Part shown: piece after piece, positions 29,418 through 43,550 of the stretch | Layout: every line of letters begins with the position of its first letter | How positions within the stretch are numbered: position 1 is the stretch's first letter | From: Octopus vulgaris | Lineage: Eukaryota | Assembly: GCA_951406725.2 (NCBI GenBank) | Contig: OX597824.1 | Location: 53,878,001-53,942,000 of the forward strand | Length of the DNA: 64,000 nucleotides | Direction of reading: 5' to 3' | Notes under the pieces: generated by a model | The model's database searches: none | The model's input: the letters and a program-made list of their open reading frames with translations, nothing else | Told to the model about the DNA's origin: nothing | Program-made: the position numbers and the translations under genes

Positions 29418-31138
29418 CTAGTCATTGCCTCAGTGAGGCCTAATGTTCGAAAGTCATGCTTCACCATTTCATTCCAGGTCTTCCTGGGTCTACCTCTTCC
29501 ACAGGTTCCCTCAACCGCTAGGGTGTGGCACTTTTCCACACAGCTATCGTCATCCATTCTCGCCACATGACCATACCAGCACAGTTGTCTCTCTTGCATA
29601 CCACATCTGATGCTTCTTAGGTCCAACTTTTCTATTGAGGTACTTACACTCTGTCGAGTATGCACACTGACATTACACATCCATTGGATCATACTGGCTT
29701 CATTCCTTGCAAGCTTGTGCATGTCCTCAGCAGTCATGGCCCATGTTTCACTGCCATGTAGCATGGTTGTTCGTATGCATGTGTCATACAGTCTACCTTT
29801 TACTCTGAGCGAGAGGCACTTTGTCACCAGCAGAGGTAAGAGCTCTCTGAACTTTGTCCAGGCTATTCTTATCCTAGCAGCTACACTTTCAGTGCACCCT
29901 CCTCCGCTACTGATTTGGTCACCTAGGTAACGGAAGCTATCAACTACTTCTAGTTTTTCTCCCTGGAATGTGGCAGAAATTGTTCTCTGCACATTTTCAG
30001 TGTTTATTGCTCCTGAGCATCTGCCACATACAAAAACTATCTTCCCAGTTAGCCTTCCCTTGATGTTGCTGCACCTCTTATGTGTCCATAGCTTACACTG
30101 GGTACATCTTATAGAGTTTCTATCTATGCCTTTTCTACAGATCAAGCAGGGCCATTTACCTGAAGGGATTTGTGGTTTGTCTGCCTTCCTACCTATTAGG
30201 ACTTTGGTTTTAGCTAGGTTGACTGTAAGGCCCTTCGATTCTAATCCTTGTTTCCACACCTGAAACTTCTCTAGTTCTGATAGTGACTCAGCAATTAGAG
30301 CAAGGTCATCAGCATAGAGGAGCATCCTGTCTTGAATTCCTCTGTTATTGCCTGGAGGACTATGATAAATAGGAGGAGGCTGAGGACTGAACCTTGGTGG
30401 ACTGCTACCCCTACCCAGAATTCTTCACTGTACTCGTTGCCAACCCTCACCTTACTGACAGCATCCCAGTACATGGCTTGCATAGCTCTCACTAACTATT
30501 CATCTATCCCTAGTTTCCTCATTGACCACTAAATGAGAGACTGGGGGATCCTGTCAAAGGCATTCTCCATGTCAACAAAAGCCAGGTACAGAGGTTTATC
30601 TTTGGCTTGGTATTTCTCCTGCAGCTGTCTTACCAGAAATATAACATCAGTGGTGATTTTCCATGGCACGAACCCAAACTGCATCTCATCGAAACTGACT
30701 CTCTCCCTAATTAGTTGGGCTATGACCCTCTCAGTGACTTTCATTACCTGATCCAACAGCTTAATACCTCTGTAATTATTTGTATCTAAAGCATCACCTT
30801 CACCTTTGTAGCAGTTGACTATGGTGCTCCTACATCAGTCATTAGATATGAATCCTTCGTGTATCACCTGGTTAACTATACGGATGACTAGGCTATAGCC
30901 AACACCACCAGATATTCTGAGCATCTCTGTGGTGATTCCTGATAAGCTGGGGGCTTTCCCTGTCATCATACTCTTAACTGCTTTATCTACCAAGGTACTG
31001 TCAATTTGGATAGCTGGTCCCTCTGTTGGGCCGACATTTGGCAGACTCTCTTTCTCCCATTCATTCTCATTATTGAACAACCTTTCATAGTGGCATCTCC
31101 AAACCGCTCTCTTTGCAGCCTCGTTTAGCGCAAGTGAA
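29418..31138 (-). mobile_element. RTE-clade LINE copy 4, truncated at both ends
   Basis: ORF pieces 30835-31152, 30529-30756, 30295-30492, 29189-30325 (YADD, intact C4HC3 insert, FRYLG). Confidence 0.93.
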
Positions 31139-34100
31139 ATATAAATTTGCATTTATCTTAATCTCTTCTTCATTTGTTCTGTATTTCATACCTAGTAATA
31201 CTACTAAGTATAATAGTTACTTAACCATTATGAAAGCAGACTGGAATATGATAATCTACATGGAGCTCTAAACAAAATAGTGGCAGTTGTACATCTATTT
31301 GTACACAGAAGATATATATATATACATGTATAGTGTTTTTCAATGTCTTGCTAGCCTGGATGAAAAACACTATATTTTGTTATAATCTCTACACAACAAT
31401 TTCACTTCGTAAAATTACGTGTCTCTTCCAGAACTTAAACTAACACGATAATACTGCAAGTATAGAAAAACTGTAACTCACAAGGAGACAGGTTGAAAGA
31501 CTGAAAAGAACACTATATATATATAAAGTTTTCAAAATACTCAAAAGCAGGATTCTAGCAGAAGTGCTAAGACTTGGTTTAGTTTGATGTAATATAATAT
31601 AAACTGAATCGAGAATAATTCAAGGTGTGTATATATTGAAATAAAATATACAATTATTACAAGGACACAAGCACATATTTCTGTAAACTAATTAATCTCC
31701 AAGAGAATTATCACCTTTGGTAGCCAGAGCATGGACAATGGAGAGATTGAATTTACTCAATTACTAACACAAATGAAACCACAAAATGTGACACATTGAT
31801 ATTTGGTTAAAATGTTACAGCATTCTAAACCCCTCACTTGTGTGGAGTTATCACTAAAGTGTGTAAACAAATATAGAACAACTTGTACTGGAGTAATTCA
31901 ATTCAATTACTTTCCAAATACACCAGGGAAAGTGTAACCCATGCCAGCATGCAAAAAAAAGTTATAAAGATGATGAAAAATTGAATCAAGAAAACAATTG
32001 TGTGTGTATGTGTGTGTGTGAGAGAGAGAGAGAGAGAAAGAGAGAGAGATAGTGTGTGTGTGTGTGTGTTAATTATTGAGATACATGCATATATTTCTGG
32101 AAACCAATTAATTGTCACCTTCATCAGCCAAGACAAGAGTAAAGAAGAGATTAAATTTATATAAATTATGAATATGTTTATGCAAAAAGCCTACATACAT
32201 GAGATTATATCATCTTAAATCTAGTTTAATGCAACACTTTAGATGGATTCTTGCTTTTAAGATGTATTCCTGCCATTTTGAAAAATAATCATATTTAAAC
32301 ATATTGCTCACTACCAGTTTTATATTTTTTTTCTATGTACACTGATTTCTATTAGGGATTAGAATATACTGCTAGTAATGAATTGGTTTTTATGATTCAC
32401 TAAGCACTATGTAAGTGCACTAACAAATCACCAATTCTTGACCTTGAGTAATGCTGTTAATTATTGTTTAAAATTCAAATCATCTGCATGTCAAAGTGAT
32501 TTGAATGTCAAGGTATTAAGACCAGTATGCACCAACCGAGTCCATCTCTGATAATACCATGTGATTTTTTAAATTTCAAAACAGAAACAGAAACAAATAC
32601 AGCATTTTCTGATTATTACAATGCTTCCAACATGATCTGAGCAAATTATGTTATATAGGCTGATCTTATATTTTTCTATGTACTTTCATGTTTACTCAAG
32701 CAAAGCTAGCAGAAATATTCAACAAGGACTCTAGAATATATTTTTAAAAAGTTCACCCTTTTCTAGTTATGTTTAACAAGAACAAAATAAGTCAGTACTT
32801 ATAACTTACAATTTTACTATTTTGAAATTATATTTCACCAACTGCATAAGTTAATTAGTTCTTTAGATAAGATTTAATGAGAATAAATTAAATTAATATT
32901 TATTAAGGACGGATGTGAATTTCATTTAGGAATAATTCAACTCAAATACATTGTATAGTTTTACTCAAAAAGGGTAGAAAACATTCAACATATTGAATTT
33001 AACTCGTATGATTTACTGGGATATTCATGTAAGTTATCATTGAGCTGGATTTTATTTGGGTAAATAAATTAATCAGATTTCTAAAAACTTTAGCTAAGCT
33101 TATGGGCAAATATTTCAAATTATGTATAGTGGGGTGGTAAGAAACTCTTGGGAGAACTAAGCAGCAGGTCTTCGGCAAAGAATCCCCTACCTCAGGTAAG
33201 TGTTTGAGCCCTTAATTTCTTATACTCTAAGGGGGCCAGGCTGCATCCAGATCATGACTCCTGGGTGCCCTTCTGCTGACACCTATTAGCCACTTGCATA
33301 TTGGAGACTTGTACATTTGAACCATATTTCAGTACACAAGTATCCATTAGGTTGGATCCTCAAGTAAACAAAAGACAGCATCATCTACAGTAGTAATAAG
33401 CTAGTCATTAACTGAGGTATATATATGACAATACCTCTACAGTTTAATAATTTACATGCACAATAAAACTTTATAATTAACTAAAATCTTATGTAGATCA
33501 ATGGCTGAATGCTTGTTTATATTGAAAATATATAAACCAACATTGCACATGGTATGCTCAGCATTGCACATGCATGTGTGTTGGCATGGCAATGTTTCTT
33601 CACTCTTAAATTTAAGAAATGAAAGTGGTATGTGAGTGTGTCCAAACAGGCATGTATAATACAGGATCAATAATAACATAATGATTATGAGAGTGATGTG
33701 CTGCCTACTGTGCTACCGAGGCCACATAGTGAAGCATCTGAAGTTAATTGTTCACAAACTTATGCCTACAAATTTGTTTTTTTTTACATGTCTTTAATTA
33801 GTTCGAGTTTTTTTACATGCCTTTAATTAGTTCGAGAATGGTTATATAAATCCAAGAGAGATTCATTTTTTAAAATACTTCTGTCAAAAGCTACCCATCT
33901 ACTAAACATTTGGTAAAAGGACCTTTCTTTTAATGAGAATATGGATCAGTCATAATAGATGTGTAACATGTAACATCTTTTTAATTATCATCCAGGAAGG
34001 TCAAATTCATTGAATCCATTTTGTCAGCACCACCTGATACCTCAGGTGCCTTTAATAGAGTTCACTTTGCTGCTGCCATTGAGGCCAGGTTTCCAATTTG

Positions 34101-34689
34101 AGGATCCTTTCCTTCTTCCTCTCACTGGTCTTAGATTTCCTGCCTTACCTCATGACTAAAAGGTAATTTTTTTTTTTTTGCTTTAAATAAATACTAGTAT
34201 TTGATTTTGGTGTTGATAGTAAAAAATCCTTTGCTACTTTTATTAGCTTATCTAGCGGGTTATTCTTACACAGAATAGATTCTGTTGATTGATTTTCTGA
34301 CATGGTAATTAATAAAGCCTTTAAATGGACTGTTACCATTTAAATAACAAATGCAGAGTAACTATACGTAATTACGAACATAAATCATTTAGAGAAATAA
34401 AAATTTAAGAATCAAAAAATTTTAATTGATGTTCGTAAAAAGAATAGCATACACATTACTCTCACACATTCTAATGCATGCAGAGAGAAACAGTAAAAAC
34501 TATTTATCACACATACCAAGCAGTAATGTTCACAAGAGAATATTTTTTGCAAATAAATAAAGCATTGCTTGCATCAAGAATCTACTAAATGGAGAAACTG
34601 ATTCTTAAAACAAACCTGCAAATTAAAGGAAGTGAAAGGAAATTATATTTGGCTACAAAATGAATAACAACTAAAATAGTAGGGGAAAA

Positions 34690-35900
34690 ACTCAATTACA
34701 TGATGGTCAAGAGGGTCGACCTCAATGATCTTCAGCTCACCTATGAGTAGAGGTGAAAGCTGGACAGATCTTCACATGATATTAACAGAGGTCAGATTGC
34801 AAGTGTGCTCTCTGTGATGCTCAAGTGCTCAAAACTTCAAGAAGCTAATTAATTGTTAGCTCAACAGTCCTGTTTTTGCATGAACTTCTATCACTCATTA
34901 GCTGTCAAATTGGAAGTTTCAGAGGCCCTGATCACATCTAAAATTGGAGTGAATGACACAACAATCCTACATTTTATGATGTTGCTGCCAAAACAATCAG
35001 ATCAAAGAAAGAAAAAAAAAAAAAAAGAAACCCACCAAAAATGGTTTGAAGATAACTCCAGTAAAATTGGTAATTTCTTGATTGATATGCTGTACAGGGT
35101 ACAGAGAGTAACTCTGGATAAATCCTCATTACATGCTCAAAAATAGATTATAAAAAAAAAGCAGCAAGTTCCTTGAAGTGAAATTTCATCTACCACTCAT
35201 GCTTTGAAGAATAAATGGTAGGTTGTAAAAACTCAGGAAATTCAGATCCATGCAGACAGGCAAGACATGCATAATGTCCATGATACATAAATATTGCTTA
35301 TAGCCTCAGGAATTGTTCTGTGGTACATCTCTACAAAGGGGACAGCTAAGAATAGCACCGAGGAGATCACTTCAACTAGGTAGATTCTAAACCAATCTAA
35401 ACCTGTGGATTGAGCACTTGATGAACCAGCAATCTTGGCTGAAGTTATGGCTCCTACCAAAACCTTAAAAAATAGGAAATCTTTTCAACATGCAGAGTCT
35501 GCAGGCCATTACTGACCTCAAATATGAACAGAACATTGGTGACTGTGCTATGGCATCTCATACACCAGAAGCCCTACAAGCTATTATCTCAGATTACACT
35601 AGAATGGAGCTGACAATTAACATCAGAAACTGATATCATCTACCAATGGTGCTACACTACCTTTTTTCCTCTCCAGTTAGAACAGCATCAACTAACTATT
35701 CACTCCTGTCCAATTCAGATACATCAGCAGCATAATGACAAAGAGATTAAAAGCTTTCTCAGACAGGCATCAGAAGCCTTTCAGAAGTTTAAAAAGGTCT
35801 TTCTACAAAAAAAAATCCATCTCCATGGGGTTTCTAATATCCAATGCCTACAGAAGATATTTTCAATCTTTTGACAGGATAGGATTATGCACAAACAAAC
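34690..35900 (+). mobile_element. Highly degenerate RTE/BovB-like LINE fragments
   Basis: Remnants HQKWFEDNSSKI and FRYISS...DKEIKSFLRQASEAFQKFK; many disruptions. Confidence 0.55.
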
Positions 35901-35974
35901 GCTCCATCAAAATAAGACCAACTACAACAAATCCACATCAAACACACCTTAATGGTTGGGTGTACAACACACAC

Positions 35975-36625
35975 ACATCATCATTTAATATTTGCTTTCC
36001 ATGCTGGCATGGGTTGGACAGTTTGACTGAAGACTGGTGAGTCAGAAGGCTGCACCAAGCTCAATCTGATCTGGCAAAGTCTCTACAGCTGGATGCCCTA
36101 CTTAATGCCAACCACTCCAAGAGTGTAGTGGGTGCTTTTATGTGCCACCAGCACGAGGGCCAGTCAAGTGGTTCTAGTAATGACTATGCTCAAAAGATGT
36201 TCTTTACGTGTTACTTGCATGGGAGCCAATCCAGCAGTACTGGCAACAACCACACTCGAATGTTGTTTTTCATATGCCACTGGCACATGTGCCGGTAAGG
36301 CGATGCTGACAAGGATCACACTCAAATGGTGCCTTTTACGTGCCACTGGCACAGGAGCCAGTCCATGGCCCTGGCAACAATCACACTCAGATGTGCTTTT
36401 AATGTTCCACTTGCACAAGTGCCAATCAGGTGGTACTGTCACTGGCCACATCAGCGATTTTGATTTGATTTCACTTGCTGCAATAGGTCTTCACAAACAA
36501 AGTTTACTGTCCAATGAATGAGGGGTACTCAAAAGTGGGCTGGTTACCCCCACACTCAGATATACTTTTAACGTTCTGCTGACACGAGTGCCAATCAGGC
36601 AGTACTGTCATTGACCATGTCAGCG
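35975..36625 (-). mobile_element. RTE 3' UTR fragment with ~5 tandem ~64-bp modules
   Basis: (ATC)n tail then repeated gtgctttta(c/t)gtgccac.ggcac...ctggcaac...cacactc units at 36130-36450. Confidence 0.8.
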
Positions 36626-36707
36626 ATATATATAATCAACCACATATACTTAAAGTATATGCTTCATGTATTTGTATTCGCTGGTAGGCTGCCAATGGCA
36701 TGCATAC

Positions 36708-36763
<56 letters not shown>

Positions 36764-36852
36764 TACATAAGGCAAACACGTTAAGTGTATGTGGTTGATA
36801 ATGTTTATTACACCAGTGCTGCTTCTATTTCATATTTGAATATATATATATA

Positions 36853-38140
36853 TATTGGGTTGGCAACTAAGTTCCCACTGTTTTTTTAAATTTTCGAATT
36901 TATTGCGTTTTAAAATTTTGGAATCTATTTTATTCGAGAATTCTATTTTTGAATCAATTCGGAATCGATTTTGTTTTTTTTTCTAGTTAATTTTAGTTAA
37001 TTTTTGTTTAATTTCAGATCATTAAAATGGAATGTCAAGTTAAGAAAAATGAGCATTTTTGACACCTCCTCCTTTTTTCTTTGAATCAAGGTTCTAAGGC
37101 TGCAAAAGCTGCTCGTGACATTTGTGCTATGTATGGAGAGGGTGCCATAGCTGAAAGAACCGCTCATGATTGGTATGCCAAGTTCAAAAATGGGAATTTT
37201 GACCTCAAAGACGCACCTCGTCTGGCCGTCCAGTTGAGTTCGATGAAGAGCAATTAAACCAACTTTTGCACGAAAATTCTTGTCAAACAACGAAGGAATT
37301 GGAGAAAATGGAATGCTCCCACACTGCTATAGAGAAGCATCTTCACTTGATGGGAAATGTTCAGAAGTATGGAGCATGGCTTCTGCATGCTTTAAGTGAC
37401 AACAACAACAATCAACAAGCCACAATCTCCGCTGGTTTGCTTGCTTGTCACCGCTCAACTCATGGACATAAGCAACGATTTCTTTACTGAATCATTACTG
37501 GCAACGAAAAATGGTGCCTGTACATCAATATAAAGCAGTGTAAGGAATGGCTTAGCCCTGGTAAACAAGCGACACCACATGTGAAACAAGATCTTCATCC
37601 GCGTAAAATGATGTTGTGTGTATGGTGGGACTGGGAAGGGATTATCCATTATGAATTGCTTGAATGGAACCAAATGGTCAACGCGGAACTCTATGTTCAA
37701 CAGATGGAATGATTCAACATGGCTATTCAAGAGAAAAGACCTAATCGGCAGCATGGAGTTCTTCTGCTACACGACAACACCAGCCCTCATATCACAAATA
37801 TGTCCAAGGAAGCCATTCAAACGCATGGCTGGGAAGTGCTGCCACACCCACCGTACTCTGCTGATTTGGCACCAAGAGATTTCCACATCTTTCGATCTCT
37901 TTCAAATGCTATGCGTGGAGTTTCGTTCTACTGATGCAGAATTGAGAGCTTGGTTGGATCAATTTTTCGAGTCAAAATTGGGTGATTTCTACCGAGGTAT
38001 TGAAAATCTTGTTGAACGTTGGGAAGAAGTTGTAAACAATAAGGGTGAATACATTAATTAATTAATTAGTTATATTTTATTAAACCTTTTAAAAAATTTT
38101 AATTTTAAAAAACAGCAGGAACTTAGTTGCCAACCCAATA
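36853..38140 (+). mobile_element. Full-length mariner element (DD34D type, mellifera-like TIRs) in a (TA)n tract
   Basis: TIRs TATTGGGTTGGCAACTAAGTTCC / GGAACTTAGTTGCCAACCCAATA, TA flanks, ~1.29 kb. Confidence 0.95.
37027..38061 (+). pseudogene. Inactivated mariner transposase
   Basis: MECQVKKNEHF*..., WLLHAL (WVPHEL-like), IITGNEKW, LHDNTSPH, HPPYSADLAPRDF; several stops and frameshifts. Confidence 0.92.
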
Positions 38141-38994
38141 TATACATATGTAATTGTATGAGGCTAAACGCAATTTTTTTATTCATACCTGAATATTTTC
38201 TTTCATTTTATAAAGAATCCTATCATTTTCATATTTTAAATTCACCCCTGACAGTAAAGTTTTACCTGCATACAACTACATATTTCTCATGTTCAGTACC
38301 TATCACTTTCAGGTTTTTGTACATAAAAGAAAGACAAAACACACTCCAATTTTGAAGGCTGTTTATGCAAATTATAGAATGACATAACCTAATCATACTT
38401 TGAAAATAAGTTAAGATATTGAATAAATTATAAATATATAAACAAAAATAAGAATTAAAAGAGAATTCTTCATAATTCAACTACTAAAGAAGTACATTTA
38501 CAAATCCAAAATATTTTTACTAAAAGAAATATATAAAATTATTTTGAATGAATACAATGAATAAAAAAAATAACCTTAAGTTAGAATAGAAGATAGAGTG
38601 TATGAGGAGAAAAATGTGAAATAGAAATCCAGAAGATTAAACAAACAAAACAAAAAATCTTATTTGTCTGCAACAACAAAGGCATTTATGATTAAAACTG
38701 GATAAACTTGATATACTAAGCATGTTCTTTATTACTTTCCTGCCTTAAAAAATTAGTATAAAGTAAATATAGTACTATGAAAATTGCTACTACTGCTGCT
38801 GCTGGAGCCACTGATAGAGTATAGAAACATCAATATACTCAAAGTTACTAATAATACCCAATGTTAAATGCAACATTCTGCAAACATGCTAAAAGCAATA
38901 ATAAAACTGATAACCAACACCAACAAATGCACAGATTCTTTTATTCCAGTCAAGTTTTTATGTATTTTAAAGTACTGGAAGAAATTATCAATAA

Positions 38995-39216
38995 CCCTTT
39001 CATTACCATATATATTTTGAGATGCTCTGCGTTTCTTTCAATTAATTTTAAATATAATAAAGAATTTAGTAAAATAACTTAGTTCTCATTAAGCTAGTGT
39101 TAGGGACATAAACTGTAACTAAGATTTGGTGGAAGATTTTAATTAAAAACTAATGAAAACAAGACATTAGTACTACAGAGCCAAAGGCAGTTTCAGCCAG
39201 GTTGGGACTGAAAGGG
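38995..39216. mobile_element. piggyBac MITE (~222 bp); second copy at 53182-53404
   Basis: CCCTTT...AAAGGG termini, TTAA/ATAA flanks; the two copies align end to end. Confidence 0.85.
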
Positions 39217-41949
39217 TTAACAAGCAAAAATGTACAGAACAGTCCTAAAAGGCAACTGTGAAATACACAGTAAACAGGAGCCAAACCCTTATATATTCAT
39301 TTCCATGCATCAAGAATAATGAGCAAGTTTATTTACTCATATATGCTCATCTACATTCATCATGTGTAATGAGTCTATATACTCATTTACATGCATTTTG
39401 TACAAAGTGAGTAAATAAAACCCCATATATTCAACTATATGTACCATATACAATGAGTGAGTTCATAATTAATAAGAAAACAAATTGTTAAAGTGCAACA
39501 TGCAATGACTGTAATGAACCTATGTATTTAACAAAATTATACAAATGGTAGCTTAATCTATTTTTTCAACATCACAGTAAACTATGAAAATAGAAGTGGA
39601 AGTGGGTGTAAAAGTGTGCTTAGAATATTGTTCATTGAATAAGTTATTAGAGTAAGATACATGAACTAGAAAGCAAACTAGAAATAACAGGAATTTTCAA
39701 ATAGATGTGAAAAAAACCCCCCAAAAAACCACACATATACAAACTTAAGAGCAGTCCAAATATGTTTGAAAGATATTTGAACTTGTAAAAGGTTTTCACT
39801 GCAGTTTGTCATGGGAAAAATTCTTGCTTAAGACAATTTGCCTCAGTCCCTTAACTCTTTGACAGAGTTGCAGTGGTGCTGTCATGACATATAGCATATA
39901 GTTATTCATACCCAACCAAATCTGACAAGAGCTGATTTCATCCAGAGAAAGATAGAGAAGAATTGACCCTAGTACTTGTCTGGTACTTCCTTTATCAACT
40001 TTGAAAGGGCAAGAAACAAAGATGGCTTTGGAAGGATTTGAACTTAACCAGAACAATTATCACAAAGCCATCTTTCCAACACTAACAATTCTGCTAATAG
40101 GCTGGCATTGTGTGTGTGTGTAAACAGACAGAGATATATTATATTGAATTATGATTATTTGTTACCTGCATGTTTTATTAGTCGTATATATCCATCTTTG
40201 GAATATGTACATTTATAAGTTGTGGACCGGGTACAAATACCTGGTTTACATATTTCCAAATGACATTTGTTTTTCCTAAGAAATTGGCAACAGAAGTAGT
40301 GATCTTATCTTGGGTGTCAAAATCACAATAATATCCATTAGGCAGCTGATGAGGAAAACTCCTGGTTGTGCTAAATTGGATTTCATTCTATAGTTAGGTC
40401 TCTGCTGCTTGTTACTTTTTAGTGGTTTATGTACTTGTGGCTTGCCTTTTTTTTGTTTTGTTTTGGTGTGGTTACAGGGATTATGCAGGTTCTAACGTCA
40501 TTTCTGCTCCTTAGCTGAGTTAGTTATAGAGTTAGATATAATTTTATTCATGCAATCTGTAAATAATTGTAGTTTAGCATGTAGTTTACACACACACACA
40601 CACACACAAATATATATGTATGTAGTTTATATACAAATACATAGCTATATACATAGTTGATATATGATATATCATAATCATCTTTTAATGTTTGTCTTCC
40701 ATGCTGGTACGGGTTGGAGAGTTTGAGAAGATCCAACGGATTGCAGGACAGCATCATGCTCAGATGTCTACTTTTGTGTGGATTTTTAATAACTGGAGGC
40801 CCTTTCTAACACCAGCCATTTTACAGAAGGTACTGGGTGCTTCTACCACGGTACCGATAATAATAAATTATTGAGGCTGCCGTGTAACTAGGGAAAACCA
40901 GGATCCCTTGGACAGAATAGGACTAGAGTAAAAAGTAAGATGGCTTTATGCTTGGTAATAAGAAATTAAAGTATAAAAAGCAGGGTCTGGAACAGGTTTC
41001 TTGCTACAGAGATACACAGCTACTTACATACAAGGACGGGTAGGAGTAATTAGAGTGATGCTGGAAAGTGAAATAAAGATGGTAGTGACAAAGTGTCAGG
41101 TGGGATGATCCCTCAAGATTCAAGATGAGTAGAAGTTAATGGAGACAGAATAAGAAGGGTGGGTGGGCAGATACTGCAAGAGTGAGCAGTATATAATGAA
41201 TATATAATGAATGAAGAATATAATGAATGAAGAACAAAGATTAATTTAAGTTAAAGAGAAGAGTAGGCATTGACTGTAGAGATTGGGTAGCGTTAAAGGT
41301 AGAAAAGTGATCAATGATATATATATAAGAGTTGGAGGAAAGGAAGAGAAGAGTCAGTGATGACTGGCAGTACAGAAAAGGATGAAGAGCAGCAGAACTG
41401 TAATAATAATATAGTAAAGAAATATGAGAGAAAAGGAGAGGATGAGTGAGTAGGTAGGTTTCAAAAGTGTGTGTGGAGAGATAGAGAGAATGTGAGATGT
41501 ATGGTGATAGAGGTAAGTCAACAGGAAATGGTTCAAAGCAAAGGTAATAATTTGGTAGCAAAGAAGAGCAATCAATGTGAAATGTGAGAGTAGCAAGGGA
41601 CAATGTTATGAATATGAAGAATGGATGTCAAGTGAAGTGGTACTGGATAGTAAGAAAGATAGCTGGTATCACAGAAAAAGATGGTAAAATATGTATTTCT
41701 ACCTCCACTTAGCTATAGCAGCTTAATACTGTAATTAGGCAACTGTTGGAAAGATCAGTGACAGGGAGGGAGGGCAAACTTAATGAGCAAATTGGATGAG
41801 AAGTCCAATTGTGTATACACACATTATGCTTCCACAACCTCAGTTTCAGCAAGATGGGTGGATTTTCTCAAGCACAACATATTGCTAGTCACCCCAGTCC
41901 TTTGACAGTTCCTCCATCAAATTCAGAGTCCCGAACTATGTCTTCTTGA

Positions 41950-42545
41950 CTTTCCCATTACCACAAGCTCCATCCACAAAAAGGAAGTGACTAGCACTTC
42001 CTTTTTGCAGCTGTCTTCATCATTAAGCATCACATGCCCATAGCAGCGCAGTCTTCACTTTTGTGTACTACATTTGATTCCTCTTATGTCCATCTTTTCT
42101 TTCAATACATTTGTACTTTAGATGCATTTCTTTTTAGTTCTTCCGAGTCCTCTGCGTTAAGAACCCATGTCTCATTACCATGTAGCATTGCAGTTCATAC
42201 CAAAGCATCATACAATCTGCTTTTCACTATTAGATAGAAACTTTTTGTTATTTACAGAGTAAAAAGTTCACTGAACATTTTCCAGCCTGTTCCTATTCCA
42301 GTGACTATACTTTTACTCATCCTCCACTGCTAATTAGATCACCTAGGTAATGAAAGCTATCTACTACCTCTAGAGATCCTCCTGAGCATTTGAAAAAAAA
42401 TTATTTCCTATGTTTTTGTGGTTATTGCTTCTGTGCAAAATCTACTGTTTTGTTAACCTGCTTGTGATACTATTGCATATTTTGTATGTCCATAGTTTGC
42501 ACTGTAAGGAATTGCATTGCCTGAGGACTTTACCAACATTACCTT
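41950..42545 (-). mobile_element. Old degenerate RTE fragment (RT C-terminal part)
   Basis: Minus strand SLEVVDSFHYLGDLISSG and RLYDALV*TAMLHGNETWVL. Confidence 0.75.
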
Positions 42546-43151
42546 CCTAACAATAATGGATGGATAGATAGATATATGCGTCTGTGTGTATCTATGTATA
42601 TATGTAAATACAAATATAGGTGGGTAGGGAGGTAGATATAGACATGAATATGAATATATATATATACACACACACACACACATTTGTGTGTATAATTTAT
42701 ACATGAAACTGGTTTTGGTCCCTTCTTTCATACTCTAACTTTTCATCATCTAACATGAAGCGGCATCCCTCTCTAATGTATCCCCACTCAAGTCAATGGG
42801 GATGTTAGTCATGTGAACTACATGGCAACCTTAGTAGTTCTTGTCATGAAAAATGCACCTTGTGCACTCAGTAAAATTGTTGGCATTAGGAAGGGCATCT
42901 AGCCAAGTAGGCATTGGAGCAGGATACTGTCCTCTGACAAATTGGGTCCTGCAAAACCATCCAACCCATGCCTTCTTGGAAGACAGCAAAGGAAAACAAA
43001 ACAGTGGTGGTGGTAATTTCATCTTTTAGCACAGAAACTCTGCTACATCAAATCTGTAAAATCGAGCAATGTGCTTTGCAGCTTTCTGTTATCTTTAACT
43101 TGTATAGAGTTCTCTTCAGATTTCTTTTCTAAATGATCTTGAGTGAAGGCT

Positions 43152-43205
<54 letters not shown>

Positions 43206-43320
43206 TTGTTTTGGATGAGCTTTGTAAGTTTATGACCCCAATATTCATTATAACATAAATTTGAATAGCTGCATCAGAAACATTGACACATGCATAGCAC
43301 CTCAAAAAAGAAATGCAACC

Positions 43321-43550
43321 TATTTCTTTATTACCCACAAGGGGCTAAACACAGAGGGGACAAACAAGGACAGACATAGGTATTAAGTCGATTACATCGA
43401 CCCCAGTGCGTAACTGGTACTTAATTTATCGACCCCGAAAGGATGAAAGGCAAAGTCGACCTCGGCGGAATTTGAACTCACAACGTAACGCAGACGAAAT
43501 ACCACGAAGCATTTCCCTCAGCGTGCTAACGCTTCAGCCAACTCGCCGCC
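43321..43550 (-). mobile_element. Young tRNA-derived SINE with Nin/Deu-like domain
   Basis: GGCGGCGAGTTGGCTGAAGCG head, GAGTTCAAATTC B-box, GCCTTTCATCCTTTCGGGGTCGATAAATTAAGTACC domain, A-rich tail. Confidence 0.88.

Noticed and set aside
33777-33836. ~30-bp tandem duplication (ttttacatgYctttaattagttcgag x2)
   Set aside because: Ordinary slippage duplication with no further structure
34590-34660. Strong polypyrimidine-CAG|GTTTGT on minus in the long intron (possible recursive splice site or cryptic acceptor)
   Set aside because: The reconstituted donor is weak and the downstream frame stops quickly; such motifs arise by chance in 18.8 kb
36130-36450. CRISPR-like appearance of conserved ~24-bp repeats with variable spacers (also the 34-bp array at 61451-61660)
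   Set aside because: Eukaryotic intron, no cas genes, and the spacers are homologous to each other; these are LINE UTR modules and minisatellites
40340-40400. CTGATGAG hammerhead-like start
   Set aside because: No stem II closing onto a downstream GAAA could be built
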